In this document: positions 1 to 8,780 of the stretch, piece after piece
Numbering within the stretch: position 1 is the first letter of the stretch
How the letters are laid out: the number at the start of each line of letters is the position of its first letter
Virus record (IMG/VR): IMGVR_UViG_3300005529_000040
Location: 1-60,892 of that record
Strand: one strand, 5' to 3'
Source of the DNA: a virus
Lineage: Duplodnaviria > Caudoviricetes
DNA length: 60,892 nt
Translations under genes and position numbers: made by a program
The notes under the pieces: generated by a model
Databases searched by the model: none
The model's input: the letters and a program-made list of their open reading frames with translations, nothing else
What the model was told of the DNA's origin: nothing

Positions 1-89
1 TGCCAAAAATGGCACTGGCGGCTCTGTATGTTCCAGATAACACTGAGCTTTCGGGCGTATCGTAAATATTCGGGAATATGCTGGCTGTC

Positions 90-120
90 CAGGCGCTCTA
101 ACCAGCTGAGCTAACCGCCC
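90..120 (-). other. tRNA 5' fragment (Val-like), putative attP core
   Basis: Minus strand reads GGGCGGTTAGCTCAGCTGGTTAGAGCGCCTG: acceptor 5' strand, full D-arm and start of the anticodon stem. No T-arm or 3' half follows. Lies just downstream of the integrase. Confidence 0.75.
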
Positions 121-138
121 AATGACTTACGGACTTTT

Positions 139-157
139 GTGACCAGTTTAGTGACCA
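139..157. repeat. GTGACCA direct repeat, putative integrase arm-type sites
   Basis: Copies at 139-145 and 151-157, next to the att core. Confidence 0.5.
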
Positions 158-393
158 AACGCGCGCTGGACAGCTTCGTTCATCAGCCGCTTGATGTTAT
201 CGATCTGGTCGCAGACCGAATCCGGATACTTAACAACAAAATGTGCTGTGTCGTTCGGGTCGTACGTGATGCTTTGAGGCAACGCTACCGAATACACGTC
301 AACCATCATCTGGATAAACGGGCGCTGAATCGCCTCAAGCTGGGCGCGCAGCGTTTTGCCTCCGTTGCGACTACCGCTGATCATGATCGCCAT
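148..393 (-). CDS. Hypothetical protein
   Basis: ATG overlaps the integrase stop (TGATG), GAGG RBS upstream. Confidence 0.6.
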   Translation of the reverse strand: MAIMISGSRNGGKTLRAQLEAIQRPFIQMMVDVYSVALPQSITYDPNDTAHFVVKYPDSVCDQIDNIKRLMNEAVQRAFGH

Positions 394-1535
394 CAGTTCA
401 CCTCGCTTGGACGTTGAAACACCGTCTGCGCAGTCTCGCGCTGGGCGTCCTTCATCAAGTGGGTGTACACGTCCATTGTAACGCGCGCGCTCGAATGACT
501 GAGCCACTCCTGAGTATCTTTTACGCTCTTCGTCTTGTGATACACGATCGAGCCCGAGGTATGCCGCAACAGGTGCAGCCCGTCCGCGCGTGGTCCTAGG
601 TCGAGCTTGAGCCGGTCGCGCAGGACTGTCTGCAGCGTCGTCCGCAGATCGTCGGGGTTCGCCGGCCGACCGCTCGAGGACGCGAAGATGTAATCGGCAG
701 GTCGGGTCCGTGGGGACATCTGTTTGTGCAGCTCAAGGGCTCGGGTGAGCTCGGCAGTCATGGGGCGCGGCCGAACGCTCGCGACGGTTTTGGTCACATC
801 AGCGTGGCCCCGGTAGATCTTGCGCCGGACGTAAAACACACCCTCTGCAAAGTCGACGTCTTCCCACTTGAGGCCCAGGGCCTCGCCCATCCGTATACCG
901 GTGAAGAGCAGCACGCCATAGAACGCGCGCGAGCGTATGTACTCGGGCTTCGCGAGCTCGTCCCACAGCTGCCATGCTTGCTGCACAGACAGGGAGGGCT
1001 TCTCGTGGCGCTCGACCTGGGGAGCCATGCTTTTCTTTACGGGAGACTTGGGGATGAGCTCGAGCTCGTCAGCAGCGTAGGCGAACATCGTCGACAGAAT
1101 AGCGTGGATGGTACGGCGCGTCTTGTCGCTGAGCTCTTTTTGCTTTAGCCGGGCGTGGAAATCTGAAATATGAGCAGGCCGGACCTCGGCCAGTTTCATG
1201 TGATCAAAGTAGGGCCGGATGTGTTTGCTGACGAAACTGCCCTGGGTGATCTGCGTGCTGCCGCGCCAGTGTTCGTCGACGTAGCTCTTCCATTCCTTTT
1301 CCATGTAGCTAGCGAACGTACGTTCGGACGCTGGGACCGCGGCGTTGGTGTCAGGGCGGAACGCGCGCGAGAGTTCAGCTTGAGCTTGAACGTAGGTGCC
1401 GTGGACGGTTAGAGCGTGACGCTTGCGACCGACGTGACCGAAGCGCTCGCAGCCTTCGCAGCGCCACTTGATCAGGTAGACCTTGCCGCGCTCGCGTTCT
1501 TCGATCGTGCCGGTTCCTTGTTCGCGACGTTTCAT
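393..1535 (-). CDS. int: Tyrosine integrase
   Basis: TGIRMGEALGLKWEDVD (R), HLLRH (HxxR), LSHSS (H), MDVYTH (Y); SAM-like N-terminal region. Confidence 0.96.
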   Translation of the reverse strand: MKRREQGTGTIEERERGKVYLIKWRCEGCERFGHVGRKRHALTVHGTYVQAQAELSRAFRPDTNAAVPASERTFASYMEKEWKSYVDEHWRGSTQITQGSFVSKHIRPYFDHMKLAEVRPAHISDFHARLKQKELSDKTRRTIHAILSTMFAYAADELELIPKSPVKKSMAPQVERHEKPSLSVQQAWQLWDELAKPEYIRSRAFYGVLLFTGIRMGEALGLKWEDVDFAEGVFYVRRKIYRGHADVTKTVASVRPRPMTAELTRALELHKQMSPRTRPADYIFASSSGRPANPDDLRTTLQTVLRDRLKLDLGPRADGLHLLRHTSGSIVYHKTKSVKDTQEWLSHSSARVTMDVYTHLMKDAQRETAQTVFQRPSEVN

Positions 1536-1861
1536 GGATGCTCCTCCACGTATTTTTTGATAGTTCCTATCTGCGCCAAGAAAAGCACCACCTTGCTACA
1601 TGGCGCAGTGTTCAACTTTATCCAGCCGTTTGGCAAGCGGCCGTCCGGCCATTCGTGTCGAGTGTGAGCAGCGCCATGACCAAGTCGCAATGCTTCAACG
1701 TAAACATTCGTTGGCTGAGCGTGCAAAACTTCATTAAAGAAAGGAACGTCATACCAAATGTCGCGCTGGATCATCTCTTCTTCCTCATTGGGAATCCTTC
1801 GCCGAAAACGATGAGTGCTTGACCAAAAGCTCGAGATCAACAGGCCCAATGCCCGAGCCAA
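1532..1861 (-). CDS. Hypothetical protein (start may be 1774)
   Basis: Stop overlaps the int start; RBS before the internal Met. Confidence 0.5.
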   Translation of the reverse strand: MARALGLLISSFWSSTHRFRRRIPNEEEEMIQRDIWYDVPFFNEVLHAQPTNVYVEALRLGHGAAHTRHEWPDGRLPNGWIKLNTAPCSKVVLFLAQIGTIKKYVEEHP

Positions 1862-1948
1862 ACGCCACTGGGTTCTGAACTCCTGCCTCTTTGACTCTCA
1901 AGTAGTTAGCCAGAAAGATGTCTGACCAAACGCGTTTGAATTCTTCGT

Positions 1949-2209
1949 TCATCTCTTCTTCCTCCAGTCGATTTCGTGTTGCTCGATCCAGGCCAGGATC
2001 GCTTTGCGCCGGAAGCGTATGCGCGGCTTTGAGCCGGTCCCGAACGGAATGTGGGGGAGCTGACGGTAGTTCAGATACACCCAGTTCGGGTGAACACCCA
2101 ACAGCTCGGCGACTTCTTTCGCGTCGAGCAGGCAGTCTGCACAGTCAGAGGGAGCGGCGGCTTCGGGCAAGCGATCGTGCTCGGCGAGTGTGATCGGTCC
2201 GCGATTCAT
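1949..2209 (-). CDS. xis: Excisionase-like winged HTH protein
   Basis: LLDAKEVAELLGVHPNWVY...RIRFRRKAILAWIE; upstream of int. Confidence 0.8.
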   Translation of the reverse strand: MNRGPITLAEHDRLPEAAAPSDCADCLLDAKEVAELLGVHPNWVYLNYRQLPHIPFGTGSKPRIRFRRKAILAWIEQHEIDWRKKR

Positions 2210-2303
2210 GAGGCCCCGAATATATCATGCGAGCGCCAGATTTCAAAGAACTTTATTCGGAAAATCATTTCCATTTGCTGTGCAGAATGTTGCGTAATTA
2301 CAG

Positions 2304-2325
2304 CTGTGCCAGACTGACAAATTAC
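2304..2325 (+). promoter_or_regulatory. Degenerate copy of the CTGTGCCAGATTGACAAA promoter box
   Basis: CTGTGCCAGACTGACAAATTAC in the divergent intergenic region. Confidence 0.5.
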
Positions 2326-2378
2326 TGAGATTTAATCGCGCGGAGTTTGGCAGCGCAAGTGCTCTAATTCGTCGCATT

Positions 2379-2636
2379 ATGACACTCACTCAAGAAGTCA
2401 TTTCCGAAGCATTTCTGCAGTCAGCTAACAGCGAGGACATCGCGATCCCTGAACTGCTCAACGACAACCCTCAATTCAACAATGCGGTTACCGCGGCAAT
2501 GCTGTTGCACGTACTTGCCGGACCCAAAAGAGCGCTCGCATCCGCAATTGCTCTTGGATTCGACGCCGGCGTGAAAGCGCAAGAACTGAGCAGCAACCTC
2601 GACAAAGAAGACGTTCCACAGACCACTAGCAACTGA
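2379..2636 (+). CDS. Hypothetical protein
   Basis: ORF at the start of the rightward arm. Confidence 0.55.
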   Translation: MTLTQEVISEAFLQSANSEDIAIPELLNDNPQFNNAVTAAMLLHVLAGPKRALASAIALGFDAGVKAQELSSNLDKEDVPQTTSN

Positions 2637-2752
2637 AGGGAGGATCATCTTGGGCCGCAATAGTCACCTCTCGTCAATTGACGAATCACAAAAACCCTGG
2701 ACACGTAAAATCACTGACAGGGAATGGAACCGAATTTTTGGGAGTTCGTCCG

Positions 2753-2911
2753 ATGGAAGAGCCAGTTCTAAGCGCCGGCAGCGAAGCGCATCTGTGCAAG
2801 CAGTGTCAGGCACCAATAAACGAAACGTGCCAGTGCCCGGTGTGCCGAGTGCTGACCGGGATTGAGGGATTGAGCGCAGGGACCGGATCTTTTGTCATCT
2901 CTGTGCAGTGA
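2753..2911 (+). CDS. Small zinc-ribbon protein
   Basis: CKQC...CQCPVC; GGGAG RBS. Confidence 0.5.
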   Translation: MEEPVLSAGSEAHLCKQCQAPINETCQCPVCRVLTGIEGLSAGTGSFVISVQ

Positions 2912-3022
2912 TGTATTCGGTTGTAATCAACAGCTCATTTCTGTCGAACGCTCACAACGAGTGGAGACGTAACCAGGACGATCGACGCAAGAACATGGGT
3001 CTGTGAAAGGAAAAAGGAGAAC

Positions 3023-3208
3023 ATGCAAATGAACGAAGCCAAGCAAGTCATCAATTTCTTGCTCGATAGCGGTGTCGAGAAAGACAAGCAGATCGTCGCA
3101 CTTCGGCAGCAGCTTGAGAACGCGCAGGCGGAAATCAAACGGCTTGAAGCGCGTCTCGACGTTCCGGTGCCAAAACCAGTCGAACAATCACCCAAAATGG
3201 ATTCTTAG
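3023..3208 (+). CDS. Small coiled-coil protein
   Basis: AAGGAG RBS; heptad pattern. Confidence 0.65.
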   Translation: MQMNEAKQVINFLLDSGVEKDKQIVALRQQLENAQAEIKRLEARLDVPVPKPVEQSPKMDS

Positions 3209-3251
3209 CTCGTCTGGGCGTCCATCAACTTCTTCGAAGGGGAAAATTTCA

Positions 3252-3458
3252 ATGGCAGTGCTGTGTGTGGAAGTAGACCGCGCGGAGGCTGGGGTACGAC
3301 CGGCCGATTTTGGGGATGTCATTCGTGAGTGCCTGCGAATGGCGGACTCTGGGATGTGGGATCGCAAGTTAGAACTGCCGAACGGCCGGCGCTGGACCGT
3401 ACGGCGAATCGTCAACGCGTACGGGCTCGAGCGGCTCGTTAATTACAGGGGAGAGTGA
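3252..3458 (+). CDS. Hypothetical protein
   Basis: RBS; tight packing with the next ORF. Confidence 0.5.
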   Translation: MAVLCVEVDRAEAGVRPADFGDVIRECLRMADSGMWDRKLELPNGRRWTVRRIVNAYGLERLVNYRGE

Positions 3459-3460
3459 GC

Positions 3461-3619
3461 ATGGCACGAACCACAACGCAAAACGGCCGTCCGCTCAAGA
3501 ACAACACGAAGAAACAGTTCGGAGCTCGTGAAGCGTGGCAGGCGCGCAAGCGCACTGGCCGGAAACAGCTCTGGGATCCCGAAACACAGTCTTGGCGCCG
3601 GGAGGAGCCTATACCATGA
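3461..3619 (+). CDS. Small basic protein (52 aa)
   Basis: GGAGAG RBS; ATGA overlap with the next gene; below the ORF-track length cutoff. Confidence 0.55.
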   Translation: MARTTTQNGRPLKNNTKKQFGAREAWQARKRTGRKQLWDPETQSWRREEPIP

Positions 3620-4095
3620 ACACCCTCCTCATTCTCGCTCTCACCGTCGCCGTTATCTCGCGAATCGTTACCCAGGAGGCGATCTTCGCCGAGGTCCAGG
3701 CTTGGGCGCGCGCGAAGCAAACGTCACCTTTTGTGGTACGAAAAGTGACATACCCGCTGCAATGTCAGTTCTGCTTCAGCGTCTGGGTTGCGATCGCGAT
3801 CGTGTTGTTTCTGGACTGGCCGTTTCCGTGGACATATCTGTTCATCCGGATCGCCACCGCGGTTGGCCTGGCGAACGCAATGCTGATCTCGTACGAATAC
3901 GTGGCAGTACAGATCACTCGGTTGCGTCTGGGAAACAAGCTCCGGACCCTGACTTTCGATCGTCGCGAGCTGGAGTTCAATGAGCTCAAGGCCGATCTTG
4001 AGATCATTCGCTTACAAAGACAGCGGGCGTTGGCGCGAGAGCGTGAGGCCCGGCGCACCACGTTCATTCCGACGGACAACGAGTTTCTCGCATGA
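3616..4095 (+). CDS. DUF1360-like membrane protein
   Basis: TM segments, CQFCFSVWV motif, C-terminal coiled coil; GGAGGAG RBS. Confidence 0.6.
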   Translation: MNTLLILALTVAVISRIVTQEAIFAEVQAWARAKQTSPFVVRKVTYPLQCQFCFSVWVAIAIVLFLDWPFPWTYLFIRIATAVGLANAMLISYEYVAVQITRLRLGNKLRTLTFDRRELEFNELKADLEIIRLQRQRALAREREARRTTFIPTDNEFLA

Positions 4096-4334
4096 AGCTT
4101 CAGTGCCGGTGGTCAGCGCCGATCGACATAGACGGACTAAACGACACGGACAAGATCCGCATTCGACAGATCGGTCTGCGCCGGTGGATGGACGAAGTCA
4201 GCCGGCCCCAGCGATCAGGTCGGGGCGGAACCAAGAAATGCGAGGTCTGCGGGAAACGTTTCGCGATCGAACGATCGACTGCAAAATACTGCAGCGAGAA
4301 ATGCCGACAGCGTGCGAGCCGATTGTCACGCTAA
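4092..4334 (+). CDS. Zinc-finger protein
   Basis: CEVCGKRF...KYCSEKCRQRA. Confidence 0.65.
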   Translation: MKLQCRWSAPIDIDGLNDTDKIRIRQIGLRRWMDEVSRPQRSGRGGTKKCEVCGKRFAIERSTAKYCSEKCRQRASRLSR

Positions 4335-4453
4335 GGCATATACAGTCAATTGAAAATAAAGGACTTAAAAATTGGATTTGCTGGTTCTGGTAGGGTTGGA
4401 TGGGTAAATCGCCCTACCTCCTACAAGTTATTGAAAACAAAGGGAGACGAAAA

Positions 4454-4618
4454 ATGACCGTTGCAGAGATCGTAAAACACATCGAAGAGGTCGCCGAGAA
4501 CAAAGCGGGCCAGGCCTCGTCCCGCTCGGAAAGTATCGCGGCTCAGCAGATGCTCGCGACCTGGGAAATCGCTCTCCAGCTGGCAAAGTTGAACGAAAGA
4601 GCCCGAGAGGGAAACTAA
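4454..4618 (+). CDS. Hypothetical protein
   Basis: GGGAG RBS. Confidence 0.55.
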   Translation: MTVAEIVKHIEEVAENKAGQASSRSESIAAQQMLATWEIALQLAKLNERAREGN

Positions 4619-4825
4619 TGAAACGTAGACGCAGAACACCGATAAAGAAATGCCATAAATGCGACGAACGGTATTTCATGCGCTTCCGACCAAACGGCGG
4701 CAAGTTTGCTAAAAATCTCTGTTGCCCTTCGTGCGGGTTCCCGACAGGTCCACAGGATAAAGGGGCGCCACCCCTATTACCTTCGTACTCTTGATCAAAC
4801 GCTTGCTCAGGCGCAGGCTTGGCTC

Positions 4826-5332
4826 ATGAACCGAACTTTCGCTCTCGTCCTCTGCGTAGCCTTGGCTGGTTGCGCTGGCACCTCGAGTCCGCCTAACACG
4901 CCGCCGGTTACGACGAACCTGACCAAGGCGCCCTGGACCATCACCTTGGCCGGCGGGGACGGCAGCGTCATTACGGCCTCCCTTCAGTCTGCACAGACAT
5001 GCTCTGCCGTCACCGGGCCAGCGTGCTTTATGGCCGCGCAGCTGAACGCCAACGACCCGGGCAATCCTGGGGCAGCCCAGGCTCTCGAGGTGGGTGTGCC
5101 GGTTAACCCCGTCCCGAATGGCAAGGGCGGTGGGTACGGCATGGCGTTCGACTTCCAGTATCAGGTCAGCACGGACAATCATGGCCTGTGGTATCTCGAC
5201 GGCCAGGGGAGCTTCCAGAAGGACGGGACGATCGCCGGCACCTGGACCTGCGATTCACAGACCCCGGCATGTGGCCCGGTCGCGTACCCTACAGCCGGCC
5301 TGAGCGGGACGTTTACGGCAGTCCAGCAATAG
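4826..5332 (+). CDS. Lipoprotein
   Basis: Signal peptide MNRTFALVLCVALAG-C with LAGC lipobox; Pro/Thr linker; Cys pairs. Confidence 0.75.
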   Translation: MNRTFALVLCVALAGCAGTSSPPNTPPVTTNLTKAPWTITLAGGDGSVITASLQSAQTCSAVTGPACFMAAQLNANDPGNPGAAQALEVGVPVNPVPNGKGGGYGMAFDFQYQVSTDNHGLWYLDGQGSFQKDGTIAGTWTCDSQTPACGPVAYPTAGLSGTFTAVQQ

Positions 5333-5358
5333 GCTACCCCCACCCTCTACTGTAGAAA

Positions 5359-5510
5359 ATGGACTAAAAGCCCGTAAGCCACGCCAAACAAACCTTTTCG
5401 GCTTAGTCCATATGAAAAATCATAGGATATATATGGACTAGCATATATAAAAAATTGGTCCATCAGACCCTCATTCGAAGTCCAATGGACCAATATTAAG
5501 TATATATGTA
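5359..5510. repeat. AT-rich region with ATGGAC(T/C)A iterons, putative replication origin
   Basis: Five exact copies plus one degenerate copy in mixed orientation, next to the helicase gene. Confidence 0.55.
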
Positions 5511-5553
5511 ATGTGTTAGTTACAGAGGGATAGTCTCACTCCCCCGGTATACT

Positions 5554-6531
5554 CTATGCGTCGGCCCCTTCGTCCGGCCGAACCTTCCGGTAAGGACCAC
5601 GTTCAACCGGCTGCCGAAGCTGCTTTGTTTGGACTGCTCGAGTAAGCAGATTATAAAGGGTCGACTTGCTGTGAACCCCGATCGCTATCCCGATATCCTT
5701 CGCGTCGAAGTTCTTGTCGAACGGGGCCGCGGCCAGCCACTCGTCGAACTTCTGCCGTGCAGACTTGACGGGCGCCTTCCGGACCAACAGACCGTCCTTG
5801 AACCCCAGCTCAAAGAAGTCGTTCTTGCCGTTCCTTCGAAGAATGGAGATCGTCCTGGCATCGCCGGTCGACTCGGGATCCTTTTCTTCGATCACTACGA
5901 CCGTGGAAGAATACCCAGCCCAGGAGACTGAGCCAGCTATTCTTTGGCGCGGGTTCAGGAACCGTTCCCCTTCTCGCGTCTTCGAGACGTGCGCCGTCCC
6001 GATGATCGTCACTCCGCGCTGTTCGCAGAACTCGCCCAGGCCACGCATGAACTGTGCGGTGACTTTTAGATCGTTCACTTTCCCTTCCGGCGTCTTGGTC
6101 TGAATACCCTCAATCACGAACATCTTGATTTTCGGGTTCTTGTCCAGATAGGAAGCCAGGTCCGCGCGCAGCCCGTTCTGAAACGTGCTCGAGGGCGGGG
6201 CATAGAAGTTGAATTTTGACGCGTCGATGTTCATTCGAGCGCAGGTGTCGTTGAAATCGAGCTGGCCGCGGTCGTATGAAATCCACATGAACGGCGGCAG
6301 TTCTTCCTTGTAGCCCAGGACAGAACGGCCCTTCATCCAACCATCGAACCATTGGAGAAGCAGGGTTGTTTTGCCGGCGCCAGACGCACCACCGACAAGG
6401 TGAACACGGCCGTGAGGAAACATCTGCGGCGCCTTCTCTTGTGCAGACTGAGTTTCTGGTTCGTCGTCAAATGGGTTAGGGTCACGATCGTCCGGCGGAA
6501 GGGACGATGTTTCGAATACGTCTTCGGACAT
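5554..6531 (-). CDS. RecA-family (AAA_25/RepA-like) helicase
   Basis: Walker A GASGAGKT, Walker B MFVIE, IIGTAHVSK and IAGS motifs; C-terminal wHTH-like region. Confidence 0.8.
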   Translation of the reverse strand: MSEDVFETSSLPPDDRDPNPFDDEPETQSAQEKAPQMFPHGRVHLVGGASGAGKTTLLLQWFDGWMKGRSVLGYKEELPPFMWISYDRGQLDFNDTCARMNIDASKFNFYAPPSSTFQNGLRADLASYLDKNPKIKMFVIEGIQTKTPEGKVNDLKVTAQFMRGLGEFCEQRGVTIIGTAHVSKTREGERFLNPRQRIAGSVSWAGYSSTVVVIEEKDPESTGDARTISILRRNGKNDFFELGFKDGLLVRKAPVKSARQKFDEWLAAAPFDKNFDAKDIGIAIGVHSKSTLYNLLTRAVQTKQLRQPVERGPYRKVRPDEGADA

Positions 6532-6782
6532 ACGGAATCTCCTGAAAAAGTGTGGTACAGCTCAGGGGTTCAGTAGGGTGAATTCGGTCGGTAGGTTGTG
6601 TTGTTCGCTTCGGTCAGCGCTGCTAATTATAACAAAAATTCTTGGACCACGAATCGGCGGAAGATAGGACCGCTGAGGGCGAGGTCACACGGAGGATACA
6701 AATGGAGACGTTTCAATCCGTGGTCCAAGTTCAAAGCATACCAAAAACATGACTATTACGATTTGGGTATTATCGGGTCACA

Positions 6783-7127
6783 ATGGCACGTTCTTATGTT
6801 CGAAGATATTTGAAGGGGCGATCCACGACTGATCGCGCGCGCCAACTTCGTCAACAAATCCTTGGCTTCTTTGGGAAGAAATGTAAACGATGTGGCTTTG
6901 AAGATGAAAGAGCTTTACAGATCGATCATGTCAACGGAGGCGGTCACCAAGAACATAGAAAAATCTCACGAGCCGGTAGTGGGTACACATTTTATCTCCA
7001 TGTGCTTGCGAACTTGAACAACTATCAGATTCTCTGTGCTAACTGTAATTGGATAAAGCGTTCCGAAAGAGACGAAGTCTTTCGAAAAATCAAAAACAAC
7101 TGTGCCAGATTGACAAAATCCACGTAA
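6783..7127 (+). CDS. HNH endonuclease
   Basis: CKRCG...LQIDHVNGGG...YQILCANCN. Confidence 0.85.
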   Translation: MARSYVRRYLKGRSTTDRARQLRQQILGFFGKKCKRCGFEDERALQIDHVNGGGHQEHRKISRAGSGYTFYLHVLANLNNYQILCANCNWIKRSERDEVFRKIKNNCARLTKST

Positions 7128-7138
7128 TTTCGTACAAT
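7100..7138 (+). promoter_or_regulatory. Sigma70-type promoter with CTGTGCCAGA box
   Basis: TTGACA (7110-7115), 17 bp spacer, TACAAT (7133-7138). Confidence 0.75.
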
Positions 7139-7222
7139 GTGTTCACGTTTGCATTGTTAGGTTGATTCGCTGAAACAGCGCTAGCTCCTCCGTGCTGGCG
7201 CTGTTTTCCGTTCAGGATCTAT

Positions 7223-8209
7223 GTGAATCTCGATCTCGACGCAATCATTTCCGAAATTGTGGCAAGTGGGGTAAGTCCCGTCGCGGCCGAAGCGGGCGCC
7301 AACCTCGTGGACTCGTGGATCAGCGAAAAAGGCTCTCAGGACATGACACGCCGCGTCATCGCGGTTGAGCTTGGGTTCATGCTCTGGCTTGATGACCTGA
7401 CGGTCGCGATCGGCGTGCAGGATGCTGTGTTCCACGAAGCTCTCGGACATCTCGGCGGCGAATGGAAGAGCGCCAAGGAACCCAAGAAAGACGCCCGAGG
7501 CCGCGAGACATCCTGGTGGAACGAGGACGTATGGCGACGTGAGCTAAGTTCAGGTCCGCAGGTCGGCCTGTACGCCCTGGCGCTCCAGCGCGCGACATAC
7601 ATCGAACGAAAAACCGGCCGCAAGTTTGTCTTCGATGAACCGAACCCGCGCATTCTTATCCGCGCCGCCGTCAAAGCGAACCCCGTACGTTTTTGGCCAT
7701 CCGACCCCACGGATCCCGAGACGCCTGAGATCTTCAGCTTCGACCAGGCTGCTCTTGACTCAATCGCAAACGGCATCCGTGCTAAAGCTGCACAGATCAG
7801 ATGTGCGCGGCGCGCTGGCTTGGTGCCCTGGCAACTGCCCGGGGATCATTGCTTCTCGTTCGGGCGCACTTGCCAGTTCTACGACAAATATTGCAAAACT
7901 CGTGTTCATCCGATCGTTCTGGATGCGAATGACAAAATCATCGCCAAGTTCGATGCGAATGATCCCGCGGCGCAGGCTGCGCTTCCGTATATCGATCCGG
8001 ACAAGTTGTCGAATCCGGACCTCGTAATCATTTCAGCGTCTCAGTACAAAACTGCGAGCTCGTGCCTCGAGAAATATCGCATTCAAAACGGCTCCCTTGT
8101 CGAGGAGACGAAGGAAGAGTCGTTGGCTTTGGACACAGGAACGGCGATGCACGCCGGCCTCGCAGAATTCTATCGACAGGTGAAAACATGGCAGGAAAAG
8201 ACAGCGTAG
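7223..8209 (+). CDS. PD-(D/E)xK Cas4/AddB-like exonuclease, circularly permuted
   Basis: AVE, GVQD, GEWK and QVGLY motifs; Cys triad in mid-protein; the normally N-terminal SASQ...C...GTAMH block is at the C-terminus. Confidence 0.8.
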   Translation: MNLDLDAIISEIVASGVSPVAAEAGANLVDSWISEKGSQDMTRRVIAVELGFMLWLDDLTVAIGVQDAVFHEALGHLGGEWKSAKEPKKDARGRETSWWNEDVWRRELSSGPQVGLYALALQRATYIERKTGRKFVFDEPNPRILIRAAVKANPVRFWPSDPTDPETPEIFSFDQAALDSIANGIRAKAAQIRCARRAGLVPWQLPGDHCFSFGRTCQFYDKYCKTRVHPIVLDANDKIIAKFDANDPAAQAALPYIDPDKLSNPDLVIISASQYKTASSCLEKYRIQNGSLVEETKEESLALDTGTAMHAGLAEFYRQVKTWQEKTA

Positions 8210-8715
8210 AGAAATTAGTTCGTCTGTGCAACGCAAAACTCTTGCAACAGGAAATAAGTGCGACTTCGGTGGTGTTGAATGATCTTGCTTTCGCAAAAGC
8301 CCCTGGCGGAAAAGATCATCACCACAACTACGAAGGCGGGTTGGCAGAACACACGCTCGAAGTCGCTGCACTGGCAATGCGCTTTGCAAGCGGGTTCTAC
8401 GAAGAGCATTACGCCCTTATTGCTGCCATCTTCCACGACTACGGCAAGATCTATGACTACGCATTCGACCAAGAAAACAAAATCGTCAGCACGCCGTTCC
8501 AGAAGGACGTCGGACATCTCGTTTGGAGCTGGGAACAGTTTCGGGAGATCGCACGAGATAAAGGACTGTTTCCTCAGGCGATCGACAAAATTAGTCACGC
8601 TATTCTCGCGCACCACGGCCGGCGTGAGTGGGGATCGCCGGTTGAACCGATGACACCTCTGGCCTGGGCTCTGCACAGTGCAGACATGCTTTCGTCGCGC
8701 GGCTTCAAATTGTAG
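8188..8715 (+). CDS. HD-domain hydrolase (YhaM/Cbf1-like)
   Basis: HHHNYEGGLAEH, FHDYGK, AHHG..EWGSP, LHSAD. Confidence 0.88.
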   Translation: MAGKDSVEKLVRLCNAKLLQQEISATSVVLNDLAFAKAPGGKDHHHNYEGGLAEHTLEVAALAMRFASGFYEEHYALIAAIFHDYGKIYDYAFDQENKIVSTPFQKDVGHLVWSWEQFREIARDKGLFPQAIDKISHAILAHHGRREWGSPVEPMTPLAWALHSADMLSSRGFKL

Positions 8716-8755
8716 CTGTGCCAGATTGACAAATTGCCAGTAATTACTGTATAAT
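8716..8755 (+). promoter_or_regulatory. Sigma70 consensus promoter with CTGTGCCAGA box
   Basis: TTGACA (8726-8731), 18 bp spacer, TATAAT (8750-8755). Confidence 0.8.
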
Positions 8756-8780
8756 TACCTCATCATCAAGAAAGGTTCCT

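Noticed and set aside
45-120. Complete tRNA gene
   Set aside because: After the D-arm there is no 7-nt anticodon loop with a paired stem, no TTC T-loop and no acceptor 3' strand.
6598-6813. Short ORFs upstream of the first HNH gene
   Set aside because: No consistent start, RBS or motif; more likely a divergent promoter region or a decayed fragment.
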